Positions 1 through 8,679 of a DNA stretch of 64,000 bases are shown one piece after another; the first letter of the stretch is position 1, and each line of letters opens with the position of its first letter. This DNA is from Promethearchaeota archaeon (GTDB lineage: Archaea; Asgardarchaeota; Lokiarchaeia; Sigyniarchaeales; SOKP01). The stretch covers positions 48,978 through 112,977 of the forward strand of contig JBHLOC010000005.1 in assembly GCA_048940925.1 (NCBI GenBank). The letters run 5' to 3'. The notes below the pieces were generated by a model that was given only the letters and a program-made list of their open reading frames with translations, did not search any database and had not been told where the DNA came from. The position numbers and the translations under genes are program-made.

Positions 1-175
1 TTGTATTATTCCCTATCTTAATAGATCCCCAATCACCCCTTAAAACAGCTCCAAACCAGACATTCGACCCTTCTCCTATGGTAACATCTCCAATTATAAT
101 TGCTGTTGGAGCAATATAAGCAGTATTATGAATTTCTGGCTCTTTTCCTGTTTCCGGACTTGGAATTACTGACAT
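1..175 (-). CDS. gamma-class carbonic anhydrase / hexapeptide-repeat protein, 3'-truncated by window edge
   Basis: Not in ORF track. Manual translation from ATG at 175: MSVIPSPETGKEPEIHNTAYIAPTAIIIGDVTIGEGSNVWFGAVLRGDWGSIKIGNNT; contains the typical IGDVxIG...VWxxAVLRGD motif. Confidence 0.88.
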   Translation of the reverse strand, partial: MSVIPSPETGKEPEIHNTAYIAPTAIIIGDVTIGEGSNVWFGAVLRGDWGSIKIGNNT

Positions 176-326
176 ATTTCTTCACAGAAAAATTTTTGAA
201 TTTGAAGAATTAAGCGAAGTATAATAAGGTTATGAAAACAAATAAGAAGAGTTATTTTAACTGCTTATAACAATTGTTTATAGGTAAAAGCAAAATTAAA
301 AATAAAAAAATTAGATTCTTGTAGTT

Positions 327-2729
327 TCATGTTGAGTGCATCATTAACCATTGAGTAAATAATTGTGATATTTGCATCATAAAATTAGCATCATCAATAG
401 AACCATTTTTTAATTGCAATACAAGATTCCCTATTTCATTCTTTTTACTTTCATGAAATTGCCTTAATCTATCAGATTCCACGATACCTTCTAGTATTCC
501 CATAAATGTATCCCAATCTATAGTTGTGGGAACACTAACAGCTTCCTCAGCTACTTCCACTTTTTTAATCTTATATAAGGGATGCTCTTTATAAAATTCT
601 TTTACATATTCATAGATCTGCTCACAAACCCTTTCAAATTCTTGTGGACTAAAATCAATACCAGGTTCTTGTTTGAGCCCAATAGACATAATATCAGACC
701 AAGTAACATCTGTTCCTTTCATGGGCAAAACAGGTACCTCATACTTTTTTGAGAGTTCTAATTCATGAGCACAATCGACTGAATTGAATACAGATTTATT
801 AGTACCTAAGAAGAAGACAACATCACTTATCGGAACATTTTTGTCCATGAATTCATCAATATTACCTGATAGGTCTTGTTCACAGAGAAGTACGTCATAC
901 ACTTCAGGTTTAGCCTCTAAATAATTACCTAAATCAGATAAGCGATATGGTTCATAGTCTACAACTGCATGAGAAATGAAAATTGACATGCATGATCTTT
1001 GTTTAAAATAATCTCGAAGTGTATCTAAATCGCGTTTAGCTAATTGCTTTTCTTGACTCGATAAAGGATTATCCTCTAAGTTTAAAATTTCTAACGCTTC
1101 TAATGGCCATAATACATATGGCAATTTCTCGAATTTATTTTTATTAAGATTTAAACTCTTAATGTTAGAAAATCCCATGCTTTTTGGCAAAATTGTCAGT
1201 TCATTTTCCTCTAAATTAACATATTCTAGTTTTTCACACTGACCAAGAGATTCTGATATTGAAATTAATTTATTTCTACGAGCATCTAAAACATTAAGAG
1301 AATTCAGTTTATTGAATTGATCAGGTAATCTCTCTAATTTATTTTCATTTATATTTAATTTTTCTAATGAGGATAAATTACAAATTTCAGAAGGTAAGTT
1401 TAGTAATTGATTTTGATCTAAATCTAATTTTTGTAAGTTTACTAATTCTCCTATACTAGAAGGTAAGGTTTCAAGTTGATTATTAGATAAATATAATTCT
1501 CTTAATTTCTCTAACTTTCTAATACTCATAGGTAAACTTTTTAGGTTGCCTTCGGTAATTTTCAAGTACCACAAATAATTTAATTGTCCTATTGAATCGG
1601 GTAGGGATTCTAGAGGTGTTCTGCTAATATAAATATATTCCAGTTTTTTAAGCTGACCAATGTTAGCTGGTAATTGAGATAATTTACAATCACTAATAGT
1701 AAGACGTTGTAGTCCTTTCATTAGGGCAAATGATTCAGGTAAAGAAAAAATGTTATTCCCACTTAAGTCAAGGCCAAATACTTTATCTAAATTGCTTATC
1801 GATTCAGGTAATGTTTCAAGTTGGTTATTTGTTAAATTAATAGTAGCTAAATTTGTTAGATTGCCAATGGATTCAGGTATCTCTTTAACTTGATTATTAT
1901 CTATACGAAGATTAGTTAATGATCTTAAATTACCGATACTAGAAGGAAGAGATTCGAGTTTATTATTTTTAACGAGAAGAACCTTCAGATTTAACAATTT
2001 ACCAATAGATTCAGGTAAACTATGCAAATCTAGAGAACTAATTTCTAAGTTCTCAAGTGCAGTGAGATCTCCAATTGAATCTGGTAATTGAGTAATGTTA
2101 TTTACTCCTATATCAAGAGAATTAAGTGATTTAAGCTGTCCTAGTATTGTAGGTAACTCTGTTATTTTATTATGACCAAGTGCAAGTTTTCTTAGAGCAT
2201 GTAAATTATAGATATTTTCTGGAACATGCATTAATCTGTTATCACTTACGTCGAGTTCAATTAAGGTTGAACAAGCACCAATTTCAATTGGTATATCTCT
2301 TAATTTATTAGAACGAAGATCTAATTTTTCTAGATTCTTGAAATTAGATATCCAGCTTGGAAGTACTTTCAACTCATTAACGCCTAAGCTTATTTCTCTT
2401 AAAGATATACAATTTGCCATACTTGAAGGAAGTTCTGTTAATTGATTTTGAGATGCTCCTAACCATTCTAAGCTAGTTAATTCCCCAATAGAATTTGGTA
2501 GATTCTCAATTTTGTTCCCATAACAAAGTAATGTTTTTAATTCTTTGCAATTTCCTAAATTTTCAGGTAAGTTATCAAGATTACCTCGAGTAATTTCAAT
2601 TCTGATAACATGATTATCCTCCACCCAGAAATTATTAGAACTCCAACTTGATCCTACTTTTTGTTCTAAATCCTTTAATACTTCTACTTCTTCATTCGGT
2701 AATGTAAAATCCATATATTGGATACTCAT
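327..2729 (-). CDS. LRR-TIR protein: ~22 LRRs plus C-terminal TIR domain with intact catalytic Glu, plus helical tail
   Basis: 23-aa LPxxIGxLxxLxxLxLxxNxL repeats over aa ~40-555; TIR-like from aa ~581 (IFISHA..., DVVFFL, SVDCAHEL with E656, VPVLP); no TM segment. Confidence 0.85.
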   Translation of the reverse strand: MSIQYMDFTLPNEEVEVLKDLEQKVGSSWSSNNFWVEDNHVIRIEITRGNLDNLPENLGNCKELKTLLCYGNKIENLPNSIGELTSLEWLGASQNQLTELPSSMANCISLREISLGVNELKVLPSWISNFKNLEKLDLRSNKLRDIPIEIGACSTLIELDVSDNRLMHVPENIYNLHALRKLALGHNKITELPTILGQLKSLNSLDIGVNNITQLPDSIGDLTALENLEISSLDLHSLPESIGKLLNLKVLLVKNNKLESLPSSIGNLRSLTNLRIDNNQVKEIPESIGNLTNLATINLTNNQLETLPESISNLDKVFGLDLSGNNIFSLPESFALMKGLQRLTISDCKLSQLPANIGQLKKLEYIYISRTPLESLPDSIGQLNYLWYLKITEGNLKSLPMSIRKLEKLRELYLSNNQLETLPSSIGELVNLQKLDLDQNQLLNLPSEICNLSSLEKLNINENKLERLPDQFNKLNSLNVLDARRNKLISISESLGQCEKLEYVNLEENELTILPKSMGFSNIKSLNLNKNKFEKLPYVLWPLEALEILNLEDNPLSSQEKQLAKRDLDTLRDYFKQRSCMSIFISHAVVDYEPYRLSDLGNYLEAKPEVYDVLLCEQDLSGNIDEFMDKNVPISDVVFFLGTNKSVFNSVDCAHELELSKKYEVPVLPMKGTDVTWSDIMSIGLKQEPGIDFSPQEFERVCEQIYEYVKEFYKEHPLYKIKKVEVAEEAVSVPTTIDWDTFMGILEGIVESDRLRQFHESKKNEIGNLVLQLKNGSIDDANFMMQISQLFTQWLMMHST

Positions 2730-5107
2730 GTTTGTCCCCCTCCAAGATATTGCTTCATAGCTTGTTTTTGTTGCATAAATCCCATGAAATAACCAGAGAG
2801 TTGGGTAAGAAATAAACCTTCTCCCCCAACCTTTGCACTCTGCAAACTAGTACAAATTGTAGTTAAAGCTACTTGATTTTTCTCAAAAAAATCTTTCATA
2901 TCATTTAAATGAATTATACGATTAAGCTCAGCTTTAAATGTTCCAAAACTAGTAGTATCACCGACTTCTGCCTCAATTTCTTTTAGTAGAATGTTAGTTT
3001 TGTCTTTAAAGATATTATGTGATCGTTTCAATTGTTGAATATAACTATAGGTATTTTCACAAAAACCGGTAAAGTCATTGGGAGTAAATTCATGGCCTAA
3101 TTCACGGCTTAGATCTACTACTGCAAGATCAGCCCAACTAACATCCAGTCCTTTTAAAGGTACTACTTCAATTCCTTGTGATTTAGCATTTTTTAAGATT
3201 TGAACCATATTTGGAGAATTTATTGATCTTGCTGTAGCAAGAAATAAAATTAAATCAGTCGCAGTGAGATTAGATTCAATAGGAGGTAGGATTGCAAAAA
3301 TTTCGCTTTTATTTTCTAAATATTCAATCAATTCAGGAATACGATGAGCTTCCGCATCAATTTCAGTGTGCATAAGCATTATTGCGATACTTGTTCGTTG
3401 ACGACAATATTCTAATATGGCATCAGTGTCTCTTTGTGCAATTTCCTGTTCTTCTTCTGAAAGTGGATTGCCCATAACTTTTAACTTTCTTAAAGATTTC
3501 ATTGTCCATATAAAATAAGGAAGGGTTGAAAGTTGATTATTAGAAATATCAAGATCAGATAATTTCATCTCTGTAATGGCTTCAGGTAATTCAGAAATTT
3601 GGTTATTACTTAACCACAGAGTTTCTAGACTATCTAAATTCGCAATAGATGGAGGTAGTTCTGTAATCTTATTATTCATTAATAAAAACCAGCTTAAAGA
3701 TTTCAATTGTTCGATGCAATCTGGGATCTCATTTATTAAATTAAATGAGAGTTGTAATTGATTAAGTTTTGTTAATCTACAGAGGGATAAGGGAATTGAT
3801 GAGATCCTATTTGAATTAAGATTTAGACTTTTTAAATCAGAGAGTTCACCAATAGAATCTGGTATTCTAGACAAACGATTTTGGGATAGACTAACTTCTG
3901 TGAGTAGTGTAAGCTGACCAAAATTGTCTGACAAGATCCTTAATCCATTATTTTCACATTTAAATACTTTTAACTTTTTCAATTCACAAAAAGATTTAGG
4001 GAGTTCTGATATTTCATTGTAAAGAGGTTTATCATCATTAGTTGACCATGTACCATTAAGATCTAATTCTTCTAACTCGTGGAGATTCCCAAAAGATTCG
4101 GGTAAGGATTCAAGTTTATTTTGAGACAGATCTAAGAACCTTAGGTTGGTTAAATTACCAATACTGTCAGGTAGAAGGTCTAGATCTTTCCAACCAATAT
4201 TTAATCCTATAATATGTTGATTGTCACTTATAAAGCCAAAATGGCTTACACTAGCAGATTGTTCTGATACCTGCTGTACTGGTTGCATAGCTTGTTGTTG
4301 CACTTGTTGCGATGTTTGCATTTGTACTCCATATTGTGCCAGAATATTTTGTATATTTTGAAATATTGATTGAGCATATTGTTTAGCGAATTGCATCGCT
4401 AACTCTTCACTCATTCCAAGTACTGGTTTCAAACCAGCGAAAGTAGGGTCGTTTTCTCCTAATACCTGAATACCCACTTCGATAGTTTCTTTTAATTGGG
4501 TTTGATATTCTGGTGTAATCATCGAATTGTAATAATTTATGCATTCCTTTTCTAATTCTTCAAAAGGTATCTGAGAAAACATGACATCATTTATTCTTCG
4601 AGTTGCTTCTTTGTTTACTGCCTGGAGTTTGAAATTTTGTTGCATAAATATCGCCATAGCTTTTGCTTTTTGTTTTGCCTTATCTTCGTCCATTTCTAAC
4701 ATTGCTTTAATTTGCTTAACAGAGGGATGTTCTTCCCCTAACATCGGAACAAGAGATTTAAGCTGCGCTTGTAGACTTGCTTGCATAGTTGGATTTACTT
4801 GTGCTAAATACTGACTTTCATACTGTTTCTCTAAATCTTCTAATGAGAGTTGTGCTAATCTTTCCTGTTCCGCCGTTTGAGCTTTGACAGCTTGATCTTG
4901 GGAATCTAGAATTGACTGAATGCTCATCTGACTTGTTTGGGGTTGGTATGCTTGAAATGATTCAGCTACTTTCCGTTTTGCTTCATCTCTATCTTCACGA
5001 CAAGGAATTTTTTCTGCAATGAATTTCTCTATTTGCTCAAGAAATTCTGTTTCTGATGCTACTAATAATACACCATTATATTCTTTTAATTCTTCAATAA
5101 TTATCAC
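2726..5107 (-). CDS. LRR protein with inserted Q-rich helical repeat domain and degenerate (pseudo-)TIR; paralog of the downstream gene
   Basis: ~10-11 LRRs over aa ~298-550; C-terminus aligns with the neighbour's TIR (DLILFLAT/DVVFFLGT; VVPLKGLDVSWADL/VLPMKGTDVTWSDI) but has SPNMVQIL instead of SVDCAHEL; 4-nt ATGA overlap with the downstream gene. Confidence 0.8.
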   Translation of the reverse strand: MIIIEELKEYNGVLLVASETEFLEQIEKFIAEKIPCREDRDEAKRKVAESFQAYQPQTSQMSIQSILDSQDQAVKAQTAEQERLAQLSLEDLEKQYESQYLAQVNPTMQASLQAQLKSLVPMLGEEHPSVKQIKAMLEMDEDKAKQKAKAMAIFMQQNFKLQAVNKEATRRINDVMFSQIPFEELEKECINYYNSMITPEYQTQLKETIEVGIQVLGENDPTFAGLKPVLGMSEELAMQFAKQYAQSIFQNIQNILAQYGVQMQTSQQVQQQAMQPVQQVSEQSASVSHFGFISDNQHIIGLNIGWKDLDLLPDSIGNLTNLRFLDLSQNKLESLPESFGNLHELEELDLNGTWSTNDDKPLYNEISELPKSFCELKKLKVFKCENNGLRILSDNFGQLTLLTEVSLSQNRLSRIPDSIGELSDLKSLNLNSNRISSIPLSLCRLTKLNQLQLSFNLINEIPDCIEQLKSLSWFLLMNNKITELPPSIANLDSLETLWLSNNQISELPEAITEMKLSDLDISNNQLSTLPYFIWTMKSLRKLKVMGNPLSEEEQEIAQRDTDAILEYCRQRTSIAIMLMHTEIDAEAHRIPELIEYLENKSEIFAILPPIESNLTATDLILFLATARSINSPNMVQILKNAKSQGIEVVPLKGLDVSWADLAVVDLSRELGHEFTPNDFTGFCENTYSYIQQLKRSHNIFKDKTNILLKEIEAEVGDTTSFGTFKAELNRIIHLNDMKDFFEKNQVALTTICTSLQSAKVGGEGLFLTQLSGYFMGFMQQKQAMKQYLGGGQT

Positions 5108-5114
5108 CTAATAG

Positions 5115-5129
5115 TTGCATTTAATGCAA
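5115..5129. promoter_or_regulatory. perfect 7-1-7 palindrome TTGCATT-T-AATGCAA in the divergent intergenic region
   Basis: Read directly; 8 nt upstream of the GTG at 5107; function inferred. Confidence 0.35.
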
Positions 5130-5242
5130 TATTGATTCTAATTTTTGATTAGTATTATTAATGAAGCTTAAGAATTTTTATATGTTTGCTTTCATATAAT
5201 AACAAATCTAATTAAAATAATTCAAAATATATCTTATCAAAA

Positions 5243-7705
5243 GTGACTAAGATGGAAACACCATCTTTTAAAAGAAGTAATTCTAAGAAAATAATTGAGA
5301 AACAGATATCTACAGAGACTAAAATTTCAAAAAAGGTAATCGAAACTGTATTATCTCATCATAAACTTGAAGTAAGAGATATTGAAATAAGTCCTGATGG
5401 GAAATTCTTAATATCTTGCTCTGAATGTGAAGAACAAGAAAATCCAAACTTAATTGTTTGGAATATCGACGAGTTACTAGAGGGAGAGACTACTCCTGAA
5501 ATTATACTTCAAGCAGAAAAAAAAGTTAATAAATACACAAAGGTTTCAAATTGGCTTTTATGCGTTGATTCTACAGTTGTCAAGATTGGGAATATCATAT
5601 GGTGGGTAATATGTGCGGGAAGCATCATTGGGGACATTTATATATGGGCTTTTAAGCATACCCCAGATATAAAAAAATGGGATTTTGAAAATTATAAATC
5701 TATAATCTTATCTGGAGGTAACGTAAACCCTGAAGAATATCCAAAAGCTATATTTGATATTAAGATACAAAATGATATAAATCAAAACAGTTTGTTCCAT
5801 ATTTATTTTGCATTAAATAACATACATACAACCATATGGAAAGAAAAAACTCATGATAATACACTTAATAAAATGAAAGTTTCTCTTGATGGATCAGGAA
5901 TAATTTCAAAAATAGAAGATAGTAAAGTCATTGGGATTAACGATGAGTGGATAACAAAGCTTATGATCAAAAGAGATCAGAAAGAAGAAATATTATTCAC
6001 TGGTTCTAAAGATGGTAAATTGAATTTATGGAATATTGCTGCAGGAACAGATCCAACATTAATTGGTAAGCATGATGGGGGAATTACAGATATTAGTATA
6101 ATCAAAAATGGCAAAATGATCGCATCATCCTCTAATGATACAAAAATAACTATCTGGGAACTAGATTCTGCAAACAAGTATAATAAAAAGAAGGATCTTA
6201 TTGGACATACAGAAGCAGTTTTAGCTATTGATGTTCAAACTGATGATAATTATTTAATTTCAGCATCTAAAGATAATACTATTAAAATATGGGATTTAAA
6301 AGAATTAAGATGGATTAGGAGTATAAATATTCATAATTACATGGATAAGTATGAGAAAAATGGAAAAGATGCTGGAAAGGAGGTTCTGGTAAAGGGATTA
6401 AATTATGTGAGAAATATTAAAATTTCACCTGATAATCGTTATATATTTGTCTCAAAGTATAACAAAATTGTTATTCTACGTAATTTTGGTAATGTATGGC
6501 ATTTCATTCAGCAATTAAAATATATTAAAGAATATGACCCAGAATTATATAGAAAGATCTATGGAGATAATTTAAAACAGATTGCTAAACATAGCCCTGA
6601 AATTGAAGAATCTCTCAAGAATTTGTATAATATCATAAAAAAACGTTTAATAAAAACTAGGAAAATTGAGTTAGCAGGTAAAACAGAACAAAAGATAGAT
6701 TATAACATGCGTGAACTAGGCACACTCTTTATACCATCATTTATGAAATTTGAACCAAAATTAAAATCCCAAATGGAGTTTATATTAGGAACTAAACAGA
6801 ATTATGAAGCTTATTGGCAAAGTATAAGAAATTCTATATTTAAATTACCTGATATCCCTTGGGGTTTCAAGCTATATATAACAACTTCAGAGATGGACGA
6901 AAGGATTGAAGATTCTAATTTCGTAGAAATAACAACTCAAGCTGAAGAGTTTCCTTATATTATTTTAAAAGATCGATCTCAGACTCAAATCCGATTTTTA
7001 ATGGTATTAAACAAAGTCCCAACAAGTTTTATTCCTTTATTAAACAATATTTCTATCGATATTGAAGATGATCGCGGAGATAAAGACACTTTAGTGTTTT
7101 CCGATTTTACATATTCAAAAAATTTTCTACGAATTTTAACAAATCCACTACGTTCTTTAGAAAAAGTTAAAAAAATATATGAACCGGAGTATATTTATTA
7201 CGCTGATTGCACTTTTCAGATTGATGAAGGATATTGTGTTGAGGATTTTGCTAATATTTTTATAAGAAAAATTACAGTAGAATATACAGATACTTTAGAG
7301 CCCTCAGAATCTACTACAAGTAATAAAGAGGATTTTAAAATCATTGAAGCTTTTAAAAATAATTTTATATATCCGCTAACACCAAAAACTAAGATCCAAA
7401 TTGGTAAAGGCTTGAAATCAAAACTAGGCAAAATGATTGATGAATATTTTGCAAAAATAATCATTGTAGAATTTTTGTTAAGTATATGGGGTTTTATTGA
7501 AGTCGGAATACCCTCTATAATTCCTGATTTTGAGATGCCTGGATGGATTTCAATACTAGTGAATATTGCATCAATTAGTATTATTCTTATAATTTTCATA
7601 ATGATGATAGTGCAATCACGTAGCGGAAAGAAAAGAGATATTGATATAGATGAATTAGATGAGAAAATGAGAAAAAGGAGGAGACGTAAATATGGAAAAA
7701 AATAA
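5243..7705 (+). CDS. WD40-repeat protein with two C-terminal transmembrane helices and a basic tail
   Basis: WD repeats (HKLEVRDIEISPDGKFLISCS; GKHDGGITDI...SSSNDTKITIWE; GHTEAVLAID...SASKDNTIKIWD); hydrophobic IIIVEFLLSIWGFIEVGI and WISILVNIASISIILIIFIMMIV; tail KMRKRRRRKYGKK. Confidence 0.85.
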   Translation: MTKMETPSFKRSNSKKIIEKQISTETKISKKVIETVLSHHKLEVRDIEISPDGKFLISCSECEEQENPNLIVWNIDELLEGETTPEIILQAEKKVNKYTKVSNWLLCVDSTVVKIGNIIWWVICAGSIIGDIYIWAFKHTPDIKKWDFENYKSIILSGGNVNPEEYPKAIFDIKIQNDINQNSLFHIYFALNNIHTTIWKEKTHDNTLNKMKVSLDGSGIISKIEDSKVIGINDEWITKLMIKRDQKEEILFTGSKDGKLNLWNIAAGTDPTLIGKHDGGITDISIIKNGKMIASSSNDTKITIWELDSANKYNKKKDLIGHTEAVLAIDVQTDDNYLISASKDNTIKIWDLKELRWIRSINIHNYMDKYEKNGKDAGKEVLVKGLNYVRNIKISPDNRYIFVSKYNKIVILRNFGNVWHFIQQLKYIKEYDPELYRKIYGDNLKQIAKHSPEIEESLKNLYNIIKKRLIKTRKIELAGKTEQKIDYNMRELGTLFIPSFMKFEPKLKSQMEFILGTKQNYEAYWQSIRNSIFKLPDIPWGFKLYITTSEMDERIEDSNFVEITTQAEEFPYIILKDRSQTQIRFLMVLNKVPTSFIPLLNNISIDIEDDRGDKDTLVFSDFTYSKNFLRILTNPLRSLEKVKKIYEPEYIYYADCTFQIDEGYCVEDFANIFIRKITVEYTDTLEPSESTTSNKEDFKIIEAFKNNFIYPLTPKTKIQIGKGLKSKLGKMIDEYFAKIIIVEFLLSIWGFIEVGIPSIIPDFEMPGWISILVNIASISIILIIFIMMIVQSRSGKKRDIDIDELDEKMRKRRRRKYGKK

Positions 7706-8561
7706 AGAATTAAATATTATTATAACCAGTTCGGTTCAGAATGATTTCATTGAACCATTAGATATTCATCCCGTACCAGAAGATAGTTTAAAATTAGGGT
7801 ACGCACAAGTTTCAAATAAATGGATGGAATATTTTTTAAATCAAAATAGAGATACGAGTGAAGCAAATATTGATCAATTCATACTTTGGTTGAAACATAA
7901 CGCTAGTAATGAAGCGATTGGCGAATCTTTATCTTATCATCACATCTTAGAGCATTTCAGGCATAGAGTTCATATTGATTTTGATGAAACCAGAAGATTA
8001 TGGGAAGGGAATAAACTTAACCTTTTCATACGAGATTTGATGAATAAAGCATCTGAATCAAATTCAAATGAAACTAGTGGAGTAGAATATCAGTGCATTC
8101 ATTTAAGAGATTGGCATGACCACACAGATGAAACACAGAAAGGAGAAATGGATCTCTTTGGGCCCCATTGTATAAAAGGCACTTATGGAGCTAAATTTAT
8201 ATCACCATTGAATGAACTGATACAAAAGCATCATGACTTTAATGTGGTTATAAATTCAAATAGCCTTAGTTCATTCGATGAAACAGATCTCGAATCTGTA
8301 TTAGAAACAGTTATTAAAAATGCAGGGAGTTCCCATAAAGAAGTTAAAATTGGTGTTTTTGGAGTGATTACCAATGTAAAAGTTTTTCTTTTAACATTTG
8401 AGCTAATGATTATCCACAAATTTAAAAATGTTTATGTTTGTGGTGATTTCTGCGCTGGTTTTAACAAACAAGGTCACGAAACAGGTATTAGCTCAATGGC
8501 TAACATTTTAGCAGCCAATGTTGTGGATCAGATCAAATTTAGAGAAATCTTTAATATATAA
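7692..8561 (+). CDS. isochorismatase/nicotinamidase (cysteine hydrolase) fold protein with substituted catalytic residues
   Basis: SVQNDF, RDWH...FGPHCIKGTYGAKFI, SSFDETDLESVL, GVITNVKV motifs; overlaps the WD40 gene by 14 nt. Confidence 0.75.
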   Translation: MEKNKELNIIITSSVQNDFIEPLDIHPVPEDSLKLGYAQVSNKWMEYFLNQNRDTSEANIDQFILWLKHNASNEAIGESLSYHHILEHFRHRVHIDFDETRRLWEGNKLNLFIRDLMNKASESNSNETSGVEYQCIHLRDWHDHTDETQKGEMDLFGPHCIKGTYGAKFISPLNELIQKHHDFNVVINSNSLSSFDETDLESVLETVIKNAGSSHKEVKIGVFGVITNVKVFLLTFELMIIHKFKNVYVCGDFCAGFNKQGHETGISSMANILAANVVDQIKFREIFNI

Positions 8562-8679
8562 CTAACTAATCTTTTTATTTTCTTTTTTCTCTTTCGTTTT
8601 ATTTTTTATCACAAGAGGACTTATTTTAACTTAAACCTTTTATATACTTCAGAAGTGATGAAATTATTTTACTATACAC

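Noticed and set aside
1050-2600. 69-nt periodicity in the DNA, possibly a CRISPR array or tandem repeat
   Set aside because: It is the coding periodicity of 23-aa LRRs; there are no identical repeats with unique spacers and no cas genes.
327-5107. Calling the LRR proteins Roco, NLR/STAND or true Toll-like receptors
   Set aside because: Neither protein has a P-loop/Roc-COR or NACHT/NB-ARC motif, a signal peptide or a TM helix.
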